Below the pieces are notes generated by a model, which worked only from the letters and a program-made list of their open reading frames with translations, ran no database searches and was not told the DNA's origin. Made by a program: the position numbers and the translations under genes. This document shows, piece by piece, positions 16,488 to 29,700 of a DNA stretch of 64,000 nucleotides. Within the stretch, counting starts at the first letter, position 1; each line of letters begins with the position of its first letter. Source of the DNA: Octopus vulgaris (taxonomy: Eukaryota); NCBI GenBank assembly GCA_951406725.2, contig OX597824.1, positions 27,094,001 through 27,158,000 of the forward strand, written 5' to 3'.

Positions 16488-16787
16488 ATCACGTGACCGA
16501 CCAGTCCATCAGATGTTGCTACATATCGCTGGTCACATTGCACTTCGCATTGTTTTAGCCTTCGAATGACGCCACCCCGCTGGCTAAGCGAGCAGGCCAA
16601 CAGAAGAAAGAGTGAGAGAAAGAGTGGTGAAAGAGTACAGCAGGGATCACCACGACCTGCCAGAGCCTCGTGGAGCTTTTAGGTGTTTTCGCTCAATAAA
16701 CATACACAACGCCCGGTCTGGGAATCGAAACCGCGATCCTACGACCGCGAGGCCACTGCCCTAACCACAGGGCCATTGTGCCTCCAC
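16480..16787 (-). mobile_element. Full-length tRNA-derived SINE group D, tail D1
   Basis: Minus strand starts GTGGAGGCACAATGGCCCTGTGGTTAGG (A box) and has GGTTTCGATTCC (B box); ends in a (CACGTGAT)2 tail. Confidence 0.9.
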
Positions 16788-16859
16788 ACACACACACATA
16801 CACATACACAAACACACACACATATATATATGCATGTAATATATAACTCCCACACACAA

Positions 16860-16985
16860 GGACGAGATAAAAGAGCAATAAACAAGCTATATTAGGTTTA
16901 CACTCGGGAAATTTGTAAGAAGTCGCTAACGTTTCAAGCCTACGCTCTTCTTCAGAGGGGGTGGATGAGTAAAGAAAAGGATGTA
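16860..16985 (-). mobile_element. Penelope-like terminal-repeat remnant with minimal hammerhead motif (16923-16960)
   Basis: Minus strand CUGAAGA-A-GAGC(GUAG)GCUU-GAAA-CGUU; stem I poorly paired; element limits approximate. Confidence 0.55.
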
Positions 16986-17465
16986 GAGAAAGAAAAACAA
17001 GCAAGCAAACACACAAACAAACAAACAAACAAACAAACGTGTCAGTATTAAACAGTCACCACATACTGAAAATACCGGAAGAGGAAGAAGTTGGCTTGTG
17101 ATGTGGATGGTAAGGAAGAAATATGAATGTATGTCCATATCTACTTTTGCCTGAGTGTGCATATTCATTCGTTGCACTAAACATACATACATGAATCATA
17201 TTATTGTGTTGCGTAGTTGCCATCTCATATGCACAGCAAACGTACATCATTCATAAATATGTAAAACGAATACCTATGTGCGTGTGTACGTGCATGTTTG
17301 TATCTGTGTGCATATGGTATGTGTTTGCGTGTGCATGTGTAAGTGTGTGTGTGGGGGGGTGGGGTGGGGTGCGTGCGCGTGCTCTGATGATTGGAGATCT
17401 TCAAAAGAAATGTTCCCACTTGGCCTAATTAGCGAAAGATGAAAGACTAAAACATGAGAAAAAAT

Positions 17466-17530
<65 letters not shown>

Positions 17531-17532
<2 letters not shown>

Positions 17533-17740
17533 GGCAGCGAGCTGGCAGTATCTTTAGCACGCAGGGCGAAATGCTTAGCAGTATTTCGTTTGTCGCTACG
17601 TTCTGAGTTCAAATTCCACCGGGGTTGACTTTGACTTTCATCCTTTTGGGGTCGATTAAATAAGTACCAATTACGCACTGGGAGTTGATGTAATTGACTT
17701 AATCCTTTCTCACAAAATTCCTACACTGGACCTTAGAATA
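17531..17740 (+). mobile_element. SINE group B
   Basis: Starts AAGGCAGCGAGCTGGCAG directly after (ATT)n; B-box-like GAGTTCAAATTCC; shared central domain. Confidence 0.85.
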
Positions 17741-18229
17741 CCTATCTAGGGCATTGAACTGTTGCAGTAGTGAGAGCGCCGGATACGACGGCTGGCGATA
17801 TCTGATCCATGTCTTTGCTTTCTAATGACAAATTCTGCGACAGCACTTACACCAAACCGTTATAGATTTTTCATATTTCTTTGTGTGTAATCAGTGACAT
17901 AGGGAGATGAAACTTGCATAAATTACTGCATCTGAGGTCATAAAAGAAGCATGGGCGCATTAGACTCATGCCAGTTCAGCATCGAATCTTCAGGAAAAAA
18001 AACGTTGTTAATGCATTAAACATGTTATATTTAAAACAATTTAGGAATACATCACAATACATTACAAAAAGGCCTTAGCTATAGCAGAAAACATTACTGT
18101 ATGTAAAAAGTAAGAAGGCAATACAGCTGAACGTAAAGCAAGAAACAACCACCAGAATAAAAATATCTTTCATGATTACTTGCAATAAAAGATGCAAGAA
18201 AAGCAAAACAGAATATACTTTATAAAAAG

Positions 18230-18450
18230 CAAGATTCCACCGCGGATGAACATAACCCAAAACGTATAAACAAAATTTTTAATCACCTTCAAAACCAGAC
18301 AAATCCTTATAATTAAATCCTATAAACTTTCCATTGCCGTTGCTGATATCTCGATTGACGTCAATGTCTTCAAATCATGCATCGTCTTCTGTGCCACCAA
18401 AGGCATTACTAATGCCACACTTATAAAGCTTCACAATTATTTCAGCTTTT
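18230..18450 (-). pseudogene. Relic C-terminus of a pogo/Tigger-family DNA transposase
   Basis: Minus-strand translation AEIIVKLYKCGISNAFGGTEDDA*FEDIDV...KFIGF...SGFEGD* resembles the pogo C-terminal IVKSFKKCGISNALDGTEDD motif and terminal FxGF; one internal stop. Confidence 0.7.
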
Positions 18451-18479
18451 GCAGTTCAAGTATTGATGGTTTTGACTTT

Positions 18480-18835
18480 TGGCACCAAGCCAGCAGTTTT
18501 TTTTTTGAGTGGGTGGGTGTCGATTAACGACGTCACTACTCAACTAGTACTTATTTTATCGACCACTCCCGCGAAAGATAAAGAGCAAAGTCGACCTCAG
18601 TGGATTTAAACTCAGAACGTAAAGACGGACGAAATACAGCTAAGCATTTTGTCCAACGTGCTAATGATTCTGCCAGGTCGATGCCTGACTTAGCAAATAA
18701 TAATCCTTTCTACTATAGGTACAAAGCCTGAAATTTTAGGGAGAGGACTGGTGACTACATCGACCCCAGTGTTTCACTAGTACTTAATTTATCGACCCCC
18801 GAAAGTATGAAAGGCAAAGTCGAACTCGGCGGACC
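18480..18835 (-). mobile_element. Two adjacent SINE group B copies
   Basis: Two occurrences of TACTTA(A/T)TTTATCGACC..GAAAG..CAAAGTCGA, separated by AATAATAAT. Confidence 0.75.
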
Positions 18836-19561
18836 CTGCCAAATAATAATGATAATATTTAAGCAAATATCATTATCATAGAGAAGGACATGGTAGAAGG
18901 TAACTTAGTACAGCCAGCGTAAAGGACAAAGTTAGCTTAGGGGAGGCTCAACTTCGCATAGGGGGCCTGTGGTGGGTTTTGATTTTTGAAATACGGTTTT
19001 GGAAAAAAAAATTGCTGGTTTTTTACAAAAATAATCTTGCTCCAGAACCTGCCATGGGTAAAATTCTAGTATCAGTGCTAACAAAAATAGGGAAACCTCG
19101 AGAGATATTCATTTAATACATTCATTATTGATATAAGTTTATGTTAATGTGTGTTTCTATTAGGTAATAATTTGGTAGAATTGTTACCACACCGGACAAA
19201 ATGCTTAGCGGTATTTCTTCCGTACTGAATTAAAATTTCTTTCATTCTTTTAGAGTCGATAAAATGAATACCAGTTATGGACTTGGGCTGATGTAGTAGA
19301 TACCTTCGATCTTTAAAATGGCTGATTTTCTCAAAAATAAGGAAGATCGATGTGTTCATATTTCACAAGCACACGCATGCATGCATACACAGAGAAAAGG
19401 GACGAGAGAGTAGGGATCCTTTAAATGATCCCTATGAACCTTATCTGGGTACACGTATCCTACGATGCATTTTCTAAAAGAAAAATAATGCATTATTCTT
19501 GTAGGGAGCTAATATTGCAGTCAGCGTGTTTCAGGATGTGAAACGTGTTCGTGCGTCAGAG

Positions 19562-19614
<53 letters not shown>

Positions 19615-19780
19615 GGAGAGAAAGTGGGGGGGGGGGAGGAAAGTAAGAGTGAGGGTGAGAGATGAAATAAGGATTAGCAGAGACAGAGAATGAAAGTGAA
19701 TGAATCTCTTTGCGTATAAGTCGCTATGTGTCACTACATGCACGCACACGAGCAGACACAACACACACACACACACTCAG

Positions 19781-19828
<48 letters not shown>

Positions 19829-19930
19829 ACACGTATATATATATATATGAACAAAGAGGGAGAGGGGATTCAATGAAGCTTGTATGTATGATGAAAAATG
19901 TAGCATACGAGATCTTCAGCCATATGCACA

Positions 19931-19974
<44 letters not shown>

Positions 19975-20276
19975 CCATCAACACCACCATCATCATCATT
20001 CTCATCATCATCATCATCAACATCATCATCATCACCATCAACACCACCATCATCATCATTGTCATCATCATCATCATCATCACCATCATCACGACCACCA
20101 CCACCACCATCACCATCATCATCATCATCATCATCACCATCACCATCATCATCATCACCATCAACACCACCATCATCATCATTGTCATCATCATCATCAT
20201 CATCATCACCATCATCATCACCATCATCATCACCACCATCATCATCATCATCATCATCATCATCACCATCATCACC

Positions 20277-20310
<34 letters not shown>

Positions 20311-20350
20311 TCATCATCGTCATCGTCACCGTCATCGTCATCGACATCGT
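19975..20350. repeat. (CAT/CAC)n trinucleotide tract with internal higher-order units
   Basis: Visible; CAACACCACCATCATCATCATT recurs three times. Confidence 0.9.
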
Positions 20351-20560
20351 CGTTGTTATTGTTGTTGCTGCTGCTGTAGTATTATTTGTGACTACACTGC
20401 TCTATTTTGGGCAGATAGAATGCTAACCGAAAGTTCACATTCCTTAACACTGTTGCTTTACAGGGTTTTGCATTAACGCTAATCGGATTTACAAGACTCT
20501 CATACGTATTTTGAAATCTTATCCCTGTGTGTGATGCTCATACACATATACATACACATG

Positions 20561-20665
<105 letters not shown>

Positions 20666-20696
20666 TATATATATATATGTATATATATAGATGTAT

Positions 20697-20763
<67 letters not shown>

Positions 20764-21251
20764 TATATACATACACTAACTTATACATGCACACACACAA
20801 ACATACACACACAGATGTATGTTCATATATGCATAAAATATTTTGTATAATATTATATACAAATGGATATATACATCTGTATATATCATCGGTATATGAG
20901 TTGTGTGTGTGTGTTTGTGTGTGTGTGTGTGCCCTTGCACATGTGTATGCTTACATATGTATGATTGTATGTGTTATTATGTATGCCTGCATAAATTCAG
21001 AATTCAGAATGCTGATTCAACGAATGCAGTACTTTTCATATTATGGTTGAAGAAAATAGCTGTTGGGGTTTACGACTGATATATTATATACTCTATGTAT
21101 GTATTTATGTATGTATGTATGTATGTATGTATGTATGTATGTATGTATGTATGTATGTATGTATGTATGTATGTATGTATGTATGTATCTATCTATCTAT
21201 GTATGCATGTATGTATGTATCGATCTATCTGTCTGTGTCTGTGTCTGTCTG

Positions 21252-21332
<81 letters not shown>

Positions 21333-21433
21333 TTATCTGACTGTCTATCTGTCTGTTTGTCTATCTGTCTGTCTGTGTTTGTCTGTCAGTCTGTCTATCT
21401 ATCTAATTATCTACATACCTACATCTCTCTTTT

Positions 21434-21586
<153 letters not shown>

Positions 21587-22064
21587 TTATCTGCCTACCT
21601 ACCTATCTACCTACCTACCTATCTACCTATCTACGTCACTCTCTCTCTCTCTCTCTACCTATCTATCTATCTAACGTTTTTATGTCTACCTGTTTATGTG
21701 TCATTCTTTCATGCAGTCAGTCGTCTGTCTGTCTCTTACTCTCCCTCTTTCTCTTCTCTAATAACACCATGGTGAACTTTGTGTCGATAAACGTAAGTTC
21801 TAGTCCAAAGCTGTAGAGTGATGAGGGCTGGCTATTAACAAAGATACAAAGCCCCATCATTGGAATGCAGATAACAAGTTGAGAAAATCTTTCATAGGTT
21901 TACTGTTCAACTTACAGATAACATTTGTAAAGTTCGTGTTAGTGGTTGGTTTTTCTTCTTCTCTGAAGACCCCCAGCTTATCCAGATTGTTCTCGAATCA
22001 TACACTTACAAAACCAATTGTACCAATTGTAACTGGTATAAAAATGAAGTTATAAACTAGGCTT

Positions 22065-22310
22065 GAGGTGCGTGGCTTAGTGGCAGGCTGTTGGATTCTG
22101 ATCGTAAGATTGTGGTTTCGATTCCTTGACCGGGCGACGCGTTGTGTTCTTGAGCAAAACACTTCGTTTCACGTTCCTTCAGTTTGCTCAACAGGAAACA
22201 AATGTGTAATCCTGGGACTAACCGGCGTCCTGTCCTGGTAGGGAATATATAAGCAATGGAAAGTGGGAAATTGGCCCCATGAGTCTGTATGACTCGGGAA
22301 GGAACTAATT
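22065..22310 (+). mobile_element. SINE group C, diverged
   Basis: Aligns with 24937-25200 and 30413-30672; possible TSD TTATAAACT(A/G)GG. Confidence 0.8.
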
Positions 22311-22525
22311 AAAAAAATTTTTTTATAAACTGGGTATTGAATCTAAAGATTGGAAATAGTTGCCCATAGTTACCCTCTTTGATTTTTAAAGAGATATTCG
22401 TATCACTAAGGTAGCTGATCTCTCTGATGGTACATAGGACTTCTGGTTTGTCTCAAACAATGATATCCGGTTTGTTATGCTTGCAGTTGAAAAATAAAAG
22501 GATTTGAAAAGAATGTTCTACAAAT

Positions 22526-22913
22526 GGAAATGGAAGCACTCCGTCGGTTACGACGACGAGGGTTCCGGTTGATCCGATCAACGGAACAGCCTGCTCGTGA
22601 AATTAACGTGTAAGTGGCTGAGCACTCCACAGACACGTGTACCCATAACGTAGTTCTCGGGGATATTCAGCGTGACACAGAGAGTGACAAGGCCGGTCCT
22701 TTGAAATACAGGTACAACAGAAACAGGAAGTAAGAGTGAGAGAAAGTTGTGGTGAAGGAGTACAGCAGGGATCACCACCATTCCTGCCGGAGCCTCGTGG
22801 AGCTTTAGGTGCTTTCGGTCAATAAACACTCACAACGCCGGGTCTGGGAATCGAAACCGCGATCCTACGACCGTGAGTCCGCTGCCCTAACCACTGGGCC
22901 ATTGCACCTCCAC
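22526..22913 (-). mobile_element. Full-length SINE group D with alternative tail D2 and 9-bp TSD
   Basis: Same head and body as 16480-16787 but a different 3' about 200 bp; perfect TSD TCTACAAAT at 22517-22525 and 22914-22922. Confidence 0.9.
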
Positions 22914-22984
22914 TCTACAAATATTACTTATGTTGATGTCTATGGAGATATTCAATAACAAGGGAATTCTCTAACTTTATCCCA

Positions 22985-23372
22985 AGGAGTGGCTGTGTGG
23001 TAAGTAATTTGCTTACTAACCACATGGTTCCGGGTTCAGTCCCATTGCGTGGCACCTTGGGCAAGTACCTTCTACTATAACCTCGGGCCGACCATAGCCT
23101 TGTGAGTGGATTTGGTAGACGGAAACTGAAAGAAGCCCGTCGTATATATGTATATATATTTATGTATGTGTATATGTTTGTGTGTCTGTGTTTGTCCCCC
23201 ACCCCGACATCGCTTGACAACCGTCCCCGTAACTTAGCAGTTCGGCAAAAGAGGCCGATAAAATAAGTACTAGGCTTACAAAGAATAAGTCCTGGGGTCG
23301 ATGTGCTCGACTAAAGGCGGTGCTCCAGCATAGCTGCAGTCAAATGACAGAAACAAGTAAAAGAGTAAAAGA
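22985..23372 (+). mobile_element. SINE group A, near full length
   Basis: tRNA-like head, CORE-like segment, internal (TA/TG)n slot, 3' AAGTAAAAGAGTAAAAG tail. Confidence 0.9.
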
Positions 23373-23559
23373 TACATTATTTTGTTCCGAAAGACCTTCG
23401 GAATAGTGTCTTGCGCATTGAAGGGTAGTATTTTGATGATGTCTTCGGCAGTTGCTGATCGCATGTGATGTCTTCCACAACAATGTGACATAATCTACAT
23501 TTTCGGTGCCATCTTGGGGCTCCAAGACCATCACTATTTTTCAGCTGGCAAATATATCT

Positions 23560-23936
23560 GGCACCTGTGTATTTCAAAGGGCCTTGTGGTATACTGTGTC
23601 ACGCTGAATCTCCTCCAGAACTTTGTTAAGCGTATTCGTATCTATGGAATGCTCAAATAATTTCACGAGCAAGCCGTTCTGGCGAGCTGACAGAATCGTT
23701 AGCACGCCGGGCGAAATGCGTAGCCGTATTTCGTCAGTCGCTACGTTCTGAGTTCGACTTTGCCTTTCATCCTTTCGGGGTCAATAAATTAAGTACCAGT
23801 TACGCACTGGGGTCAATGTAATCGACTTAGTCCCTTTGTTAGTCCTTGTTTGTCCCTTTTACGTTTAGCCCCTTGTGGGCAATAAAGAAATAGGTATCAA
23901 CTGGAATCCTCGTCGTCCTGACCGACAGAGTACCAG
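23560..23936 (+). mobile_element. Old D2-tail-type repeat interrupted by a SINE B insertion (23681-23897)
   Basis: D2-tail homology (CTGTGTCACGCTGAAT..AATTTCACGAGCA) stops at 23680 and resumes after the B copy (CAACTGGAATCCTCGTCGT..CCGAC). Confidence 0.75.
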
Positions 23937-24347
23937 TATGTACGTATCTATGGAAGCACATATATGCATGTACGTATGTATTATATATATATATATATAT
24001 ATATCGAGAGAGTGAGAGAGATGAATATATGAAGTTATGTAGGTTATATAAAGCTTTGTGCGTTTTTATCTGTGTTTGTACAAACATTTTAACAATTCGA
24101 AAGCCATGACCTCCTAAGCGGAATATTAGCATTTATTTATAGAAGAAGAGGAGGGATGTTAAAATATAACAAAATAAAACACCTGACAGTTTCAATCTTG
24201 GCTAATTAACAGAGCTAATTAACACATATAATTAACCCGGCTACTCTGTTTGTATTGCTAATAAAGGAATGAAAATGTAAAAGATGCAAAAAAACAACAA
24301 CACAAATCATACCATCAAAAATGAACTGCATAAATAACACACACACA

Positions 24348-24416
<69 letters not shown>

Positions 24417-24574
24417 CACATGCGAAATACACCACAGAAACGCAGAGAAAGGCATACATATACGAACATATACATACACATAGTTACATATAGGCATACA
24501 AGTACATAAAAACATATACATACACCACTAGTAAACGAAATGGGAAGATGATACCCACGCACATACGTAGGCAA

Positions 24575-24652
<78 letters not shown>

Positions 24653-24751
24653 ATATATATATATATATATATCCATTTATCTATCTATCCATCTATTCAT
24701 CTATTTGCCTTCTCTCTTTCCCTCTCTCTCTCTTTACACACACACACACAC

Positions 24752-24799
<48 letters not shown>

Positions 24800-24936
24800 G
24801 CGCGCACACACACACACAAACGTTCATGCATGCGTAGTTACATTTACATACGCAGGAAGCAATAAATGTATCAGAGACCCGAGCAAATGGCCTCTAGTTT
24901 GCTTTGATTTCGTTACATCTAATTACATATTTGGGT

Positions 24937-25200
24937 GGAGGCGCGTGGCTTAGTGGTCAGGGTGTCAGCATCATGATCGTAAGATTGTGGTTTCGATTCC
25001 TGGACCGGGTGAAGCGTTGTGTTCTTGAGCAAAACACTTCATTTCACGTTGCTCCAGTCCACTCAACTGGCAAAAATGAGTAACGCTGCAATGGACTGGC
25101 GTCCCGTCCGGCTGGGGAACATATACGCCATAGAAACCGTGAAACCAGGCCCATGAGTCTGGTTAGGCTTTAAAAGGGCGCACTTATTATTTTTTTTATT
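24937..25200 (+). mobile_element. Full-length tRNA-derived SINE group C
   Basis: A box TGGCTTAGTGG, B box GGTTTCGATTCC, T-rich end; very similar to 30413-30672. Confidence 0.9.
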
Positions 25201-26113
25201 AATTGGAGTTCGAAGTAGACCGAAAGGGCAACCGGTGTAAAAAAAAATCTGCCTAAAATAGCCGTCTGACCCATGCAAATATCGAAAAAAGGATGTTAAG
25301 CAGCGACAATAATGACGATACACACACAGTCAGACACACTCGCACAGACACACACACTGACATATTTACTCACCCAGGATCGCAAATACTCCCGCTTCAC
25401 AGGCACACAGATAGACAGACAGACACAAACCCTCATACACACACGCACACACTTTCGACAGTTCCTCTTGTATTCTTGTATCGCTAATCCTTTATATTAT
25501 GTCACAAGAACGAGTTATTCCTCGCCAGACTCCACGATATGAAGAGAATAAGCTAATAACAATATACACTGTTTTCGTGTTTGCTTCTCATTTTTCTATC
25601 TCCCCAGATTTAATCTGTGTCTAACGATAGAGCATTTGTCTGTCAATCTATGTAGCGTCTGGGTGTCTATCAATTTACGAATCTCTCTTGATATCTTTCT
25701 TATTTTATATCCGTTTACACACATATATATATTTACTATCTCTTGTTTATAAATCTCTATGTCTTACTTTCTTACCCTCTTTTTACTATCACACCATGAC
25801 GCACTCCCCCTCTCCCTCTCTCAGTCTTTCTCTCTGCCTCTCTCTGTCGCCTTTCTTTCTCTCCCCCTCTTTCTCCATACACATATATATTAATATGCAT
25901 ACCTCCCTCCTACACATACACACATGCTTCTATATATATTCATATGTATACACACAGCACTACGATCCCGGTTCCTGAAAGCGAGTCAACGAAACTTTAA
26001 CTTGCACAGGGCCAAATCAAACTGAATAACAACAGCAACATCAACAACAACAACAATAATAATGATTATTATGATATAAATATCTATAGGCGTCGGATAA
26101 TATAGATATCTAT

Positions 26114-26483
26114 GTGTGCTAAGTAGCTTGCTTATCTACCACATGGTTTCGGGTTCAGTCCCATTGCGTGGCACCCTGGGCAAGTGCCTTCTGCTATAGC
26201 CTCGGGCCAATCAAATCCTTGTGAGTGGATTTGGTAGGCGGAAACTGAAAGAAGCTCGTCGTATATATGTATGTGTGTCTGTGTTTGTCCCCTCAACATC
26301 GCTTGACAACCGATGCTGGTGGGTTTACGTCCCCGTAACTTAGTGGTTCGGCAAAAGGCACCGATAGAACAAGTACTAGGCTTACAAAGAATAAGTCCAG
26401 GGGGGTCGATTAGCTCGATTAAAGGTGGTGCTCCAGCATGGCCGCAGTCAAATGATTGAAACAAGTAAAAGAGAGTAAAAGAG
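26114..26483 (+). mobile_element. SINE group A
   Basis: Aligns along its length with 22985-23372. Confidence 0.9.
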
Positions 26484-26718
26484 ATGTATATTTATATATA
26501 TGTATATGCATGCATACGTGTTTACCTTCGAAACACGTAGTAGATAAAACAGGGGTCAACCGATATTTGAAAAAAAATGTGTTTTCTATGTTTTTGTTTT
26601 TTATTTTCTTGTTTCTCATTCTGTCTACGTTTTTTTACGTCATGTACCCATATATGCATGTATATATACATATATATGTAGGTATGTACATATATGTATG
26701 TATATATGCATATATTTA

Positions 26719-26789
<71 letters not shown>

Positions 26790-26986
26790 TATATTTATAT
26801 ATATATATATGTATATATGTAAATAAATATATATATTTACACACACACACATACACACATATATACATATATATATGCGTATGCGTGTATATATCTTTTT
26901 CCCATTCATCTTCGCCACCTTCTCCACTTACTATATATATCATTTACCCATTAGTGTTGTATTTGCGCAAAGTTACAACAACAACA

Positions 26987-27105
<119 letters not shown>

Positions 27106-27813
27106 AACACTTTATCTAAGAAGTGAATAACCTTTGTGTGGGGCCTTTTGATATCTTTACTACTACTAGTACTACCACCAGCACCACCACCACTACTACT
27201 ACTAGTACTATCTACCGTTTCCACCGCCTCCTACAGCACTACCTCCTGCACCACCGCCACACCCCCTAATTGCTGCTGGTGCGTTTATCATCGTCCCTCA
27301 TCAGTACCAACAGTTTTACTTTTACCACCACTACTAACACCACTGGAAACAACAGCAACAACAACAACAACAACAACACCGTCACCACAATCACCACTAC
27401 GGCAACCACCCTCCCCCATTTCTTAATAATACCCCTACCATCACCACCATAAACCACCACCATTACCACCACCACCAGCCAACATCAGCGCTAGGATCCC
27501 TTCCATCCCCCATAACCCTCGACAATTCTGCCTTTATATCCGTCACTACTATCATCTCTATCATCACCATTAACATCACCATCACCATCACCATCACCAT
27601 CATCATCATCATCATCATCATCAGCAGCAGCATTATGAACTCGGAAAATAGAAACAATAGCAACAATTAGCAATTGATAGTGTCACTACCAGCAACAGTA
27701 ATCACAATAGCAACAACGACAGCGAGAACAGTAGCAGCAGCAGCAGCAACAGCAGCAGCAACAGCAGCAGCAGTAGCAGCAAGAACAGTAGCAGCAATAT
27801 GTACAATCTTAGC

Positions 27814-27852
<39 letters not shown>

Positions 27853-27983
27853 GCCATCATCATCATCAATGTGCTTCTTCTTCTTCTTCTTCTTCTTCTT
27901 CTTCACCATCATCATAATCATGTTTCCTCATCATGGTCATGATAGTCGTCATCCTCCTCCTCCTCATCATTATCAGCAGCAGT

Positions 27984-28269
27984 AGCAGCAGCAGCTTCGT
28001 CCCCCACCATCATCATTTTAATCATCATCTTTACATCATCAGCATCACCATCATCACCAACACCACCAGCACAACTACCATCTCATCATCATCATTATCA
28101 TCATCATCCTCATAAGCACGAGCAGCAGCAGCTTCGTCCCCACCATCATCCTTTTAATCACCACCTTCACATCATCAGCATCACCATCATCAGCATCACC
28201 ATCATCACCAACACCACTAGCACAACTACCATCTCATCATCATCATCATTATCATCATCATCTTCATAA
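27984..28269. repeat. Local tandem duplication (about 137-bp period) inside a trinucleotide-rich region
   Basis: AGCAGCAGCTTCGTCCCCCACCATCATC and AGCACAACTACCATCTC each occur twice. Confidence 0.8.
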
Positions 28270-29167
28270 TCATCTGCACCAGCGCCATCCGTAACAACAA
28301 CAACAACAACAACAACAAAAGCCTCAACAATGAGAGCAGCAGCACCACCACAACAGCAAAACTAGTAACAACAAGAAGAAGAACAACAAGAAAAACAACA
28401 GCATAAACTGCTGCACAAACAGATGTCTAAAACGCAACAATAAGAGCGTAGACGTCTTTGAGACGTTATAATTTAAGATAATATCTTTTAGCGAACATTA
28501 ATGTACTAATTGTTTGTTAACTGATGATACAGAAAGACAGAGAGGACATGTTTACACTAAACTGCAACAACAACAATAACAACAGCAACAACAACAACAA
28601 CAATAACAACAATACCAACAACAACAACAACAGCAATAAGGAAAGCAACGACGTCGATGACGACAATGATGTTTATAACAGATTATTATTTAATAGCAAC
28701 AACATCAATGTTAGCTATAGCTGCAGAATCGCCAACAACAACAACAATAATAACAACAGCAGCAGCAACAACAACAACAGCAACAAAAACAATTATACCA
28801 ACAATAACAATTTAACAGACAGTATTATAATCAGGAAAAAGAAAAAAGAAAAAAAAGAATGAAAATTAATAACTTTAAATCCTATAATTAAAAGTAACAA
28901 TTAGCTGAAACAACTGACACAATTTAACGAAATTGTATTACCCGGAGATATAAAGTAAACATGCTTTTAGTAAATTGTTTTATTAAGTTCTTTTAGTAAA
29001 GTGTAGTATTATCTTTTCGTAGGTAGGGTCAATTAGTAGAGGCTTTTAGCAAAGGGTTTTAAGATCAGCTTTTAGTCCTCCATTGTAGGCTTTTAATATC
29101 GGCTTTCAGTAAAGTCTTTTAGTAAAGCGTTTGCATAGAGTCTCTAAGGAGTGACTCTTAGTAAATT

Positions 29168-29397
29168 GTGGTAAGAATTATGTGGCTTGGAATCCACATA
29201 GTTCCAGGTTCAATCCCACTGCGTGGCACGTTGGAAAAGTGTCTTTTATTATAACGTCGGATAACTTTGGGTCGACCAAAGTCTTCTGAGTGGATTTGGC
29301 AGACGGAAACTGAAAGAAACCCGTCATGTATGTGTGTGTGTGTGTGTGTGAAGTGTGTGCGTGCGTGTGCGAGTTTGTATATGTGTGTATGTGCCTT

Positions 29398-29428
<31 letters not shown>

Positions 29429-29700
29429 GTGTGAATATGTATGTGGGTGTCAGTGTGTATCTGTGTGTGTACTTTTCTGTCTGTGTGTTTGAGTGTGAAT
29501 GTGTGTGTGTGTGTGTGTGAGTGTGTATGTGTGTGTGTGCCTTTGTGTCTGTATGTGTGAGTGTGAACCTGTGTGTGCCTTTGTGTCTGTGTGTGTGAAT
29601 GTGTATGTGTGTGTGCCTTGGTGTCTGTTTGTCCCTCTCACCACCACTTGACAACCAGTATTTATGTGTTAACGTCCCCGTAACTTAGCAGTTCAGCAAA
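29168..29700 (+). mobile_element. SINE group A with expanded internal (TG)n, 3' part replaced by the 45-bp array
   Basis: A homology ends at TAACTTAGCAGTTCAGCAAA, immediately before the array. Confidence 0.8.

Noticed and set aside
16715-16787. tRNA genes at SINE heads (also 22840-22913, 24937-25010, 30413-30490)
   Set aside because: A and B boxes are present but continue into SINE bodies, two of them with TSDs; no clean cloverleaf.
19726-20476. Poly-His / poly-Ser / poly-Ile ORFs
   Set aside because: (CAT/CAC)n tract open in all frames; no unique coding context or splice evidence.
28521-28540. CTGATGA followed by GAAA (also CTGATGA near 17384 and 56538)
   Set aside because: No stem II or stem I pairing; chance matches.
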